Assembly (NCBI GenBank): GCA_950097015.1
Contig: CATNEN010000008.1
Location: 2,604,001 to 2,668,000 of the forward strand
Direction of reading: 5' to 3'
DNA: 64,000 nt
Origin: Macrostomum hystrix
Taxonomy: Eukaryota; Animalia; Platyhelminthes
Below, in pieces: positions 62,234 through 64,000 of the stretch (its first letter is position 1; every line of letters begins with the position of its first letter). The translations under genes were made by a program, and so were the position numbers. The notes beneath the pieces are model-generated. The model was not told the DNA's origin. It saw only the letters and a program-made list of their open reading frames with translations, and did not search any database.

Positions 62234-64000
62234 AACTGGCTTGAGGCTGCTATGATTAAAGAAAAGTTGCAAATTTTTCCTTTATTTTTATGATAACAGT
62301 TGCCAAGCAGCAACGGTGATCTGGTTACACTGCTGGAAAATCAGATATAACTAAAAAGTAAATTAAAGGTGTCATATAAAGTACATATAAACTGTATTGT
62401 TTAAATGTACTTAAAAGTCTAATAAATGATAAGCCTAATCTGTACATTATACCAAGGAAATCTACATATAACTCCATCCTCTCAACATTCAAAAAAAATA
62501 TATATATGTCCAGATTAAATTATTTAAATTAGCCATACTTCATTAACAAAAGGACTTCCATAAAAGTCAGAGAATCAAATGAACAAAGACAATTTGGTTG
62601 CCTGCTACTAAAGAGATTCACAATATGAAATACAATTAAAAATGGGAAAATATATTTGCTTTATTAATTATGTTTTAGATACAAAATAGATACAAAAAAG
62701 CAAAATTCATATGGATAGGCAAGATATAAATAAAGATTTTTTCACCCTTAAGAATTATCTTTTTATTCATGAATTCGAACTTTATTTTTTTTATTTTTAC
62801 TTTAATTCTAGCATTATCTATAATAATAGAAGTTATGCTTATGCTTATGCTTATGCTTATGATTTTTATGCTTATTAGTACATTTTAAACCATGTTTTTT
62901 AGTTATAGAGTGCATTAAAGAGAAAAAAACAAAAAAAATGAAACAGATGGTTTTTGTAATCCACTTGTTATTACACCAGGTTATAATTTCAACCATCAAA
63001 AAGAAAATAAGAAACTTATATCGTTCAAAACCTAAGGGAGTCTATTTCAGAGTAGAATATTAGTATAAACCGTTTAAATAATCTAACGTTCTTAAATAAT
63101 GTACAGGTCAGATTGTTTAGGTTAGAGAACACATTAATATTAGATTGGTTTCCAATGTTTTCTCGGTTTGTTCTCTGAATTTTTTATTCCGTGCTGTGTA
63201 CGCAAATTATAAATATGATTGCATAAAAATTAACGCGTTTACTTCAAGAAATACTTTAATTTAGTTTTAGGGAACTGGGATGTTCTCATTTAAAGCTGCT
63301 TGTAAAGTTTTGTTAAAATGAGTTTCTTGCGTTGTGTTTCGTAGCCGGTGAAATGAGAAGCCAGTGTCCAATATGACGTTTTTGAATAGATTGCAGTTGC
63401 TACTTGCTAGGATCCCTTTTTAGTATACTTCTTGCATTTTTCATGCAATCTCCTGAACTTTATGTTACTGAGATCTCTCATCTGCTGTGACCTGAGCCAT
63501 TTAGTTAATATAATTATTTTTTATTTAGACGAAACAATACTTTGTCAGACCTTATGAGACGGTTTGAATAAAATTCATTTGGACTTAAGAATCAGTCATT
63601 CTAACTCAGTTCCTCTGTTTCTTCTGGCTTGTCATGGTCTAAGCAATTTTTTCATATTGTTTTTCGCAGCCAGACTTGAAGAACATATATAATATTCTTG
63701 CACACCGAGCGTCGGAGCGTAGACGAACTCTACAGCGATAATTGAAACCTTTGTTCGATGCTGTATTTTCGAGAATTCATTTTTTAAGTTCCCAATTATA
63801 AACTTCATTTCAAGGTTCATTGACGCATGAGTTCAGTTCCAACGCTGGTCATGAGACCAGCGTTGATCAATTTGGCTCGAATTCTCGAAAATGATGGAAT
63901 TGCAACTGAGAGATTGATCGATAGATATCAACGAAAAATGGAGCTAAATTTTGAGAAGCATGAAATCCCGAAGGTGATGGTTATGAGTGAAAACTGAAAT

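Noticed and set aside
63827-63973. Possible first exon on + (MSSVPTLVMRPALINLAR..PK|gtgatg) containing an 11-bp perfect hairpin at 63840-63865
   Set aside because: At the window edge with no homology evidence; the hairpin is not followed by a Helitron CTRR end.

Overview
Eukaryotic, intron-containing animal genomic DNA with GC-rich exons and AT-rich, repeat-filled introns. The style suggests a free-living flatworm such as Macrostomum; this is an inference, not a database result. Eight spliced genes were reconstructed by hand from GT-AG boundaries and frame continuity: AMP deaminase (-, 3' end runs off the window), a divergent SND1/Tudor-SN (-), an ~800-aa alpha-tubulin-like protein with a ~340-aa basic SPKK-rich tail (-), a calmodulin-like EF-hand protein (+), two uncharacterised proteins (+), a serine palmitoyltransferase small subunit (+) and a PIP4K-type kinase lacking two catalytic residues (-). 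Mobile DNA comprises an intact Tc1 (DD34E), an intact mariner (DD34D), a deleted mariner, a hAT non-autonomous element, a decayed Crypton-like tyrosine recombinase, two near-identical tRNA-derived SINEs with TSDs, and a second tRNA/CORE-like SINE family whose A-box is amplified into a tandem array. About 30 mostly unrelated micro/minisatellite arrays (unit 4-72 bp) cover roughly 20 kb and occupy 15 of the 22 inferred introns; most long ORFs in the ORF track are artefacts of these arrays. The best leads are the basic-tailed, GAP-deficient tubulin, the PIP4K pseudokinase, the A-box array and the intron built from tandem 5' splice sites.
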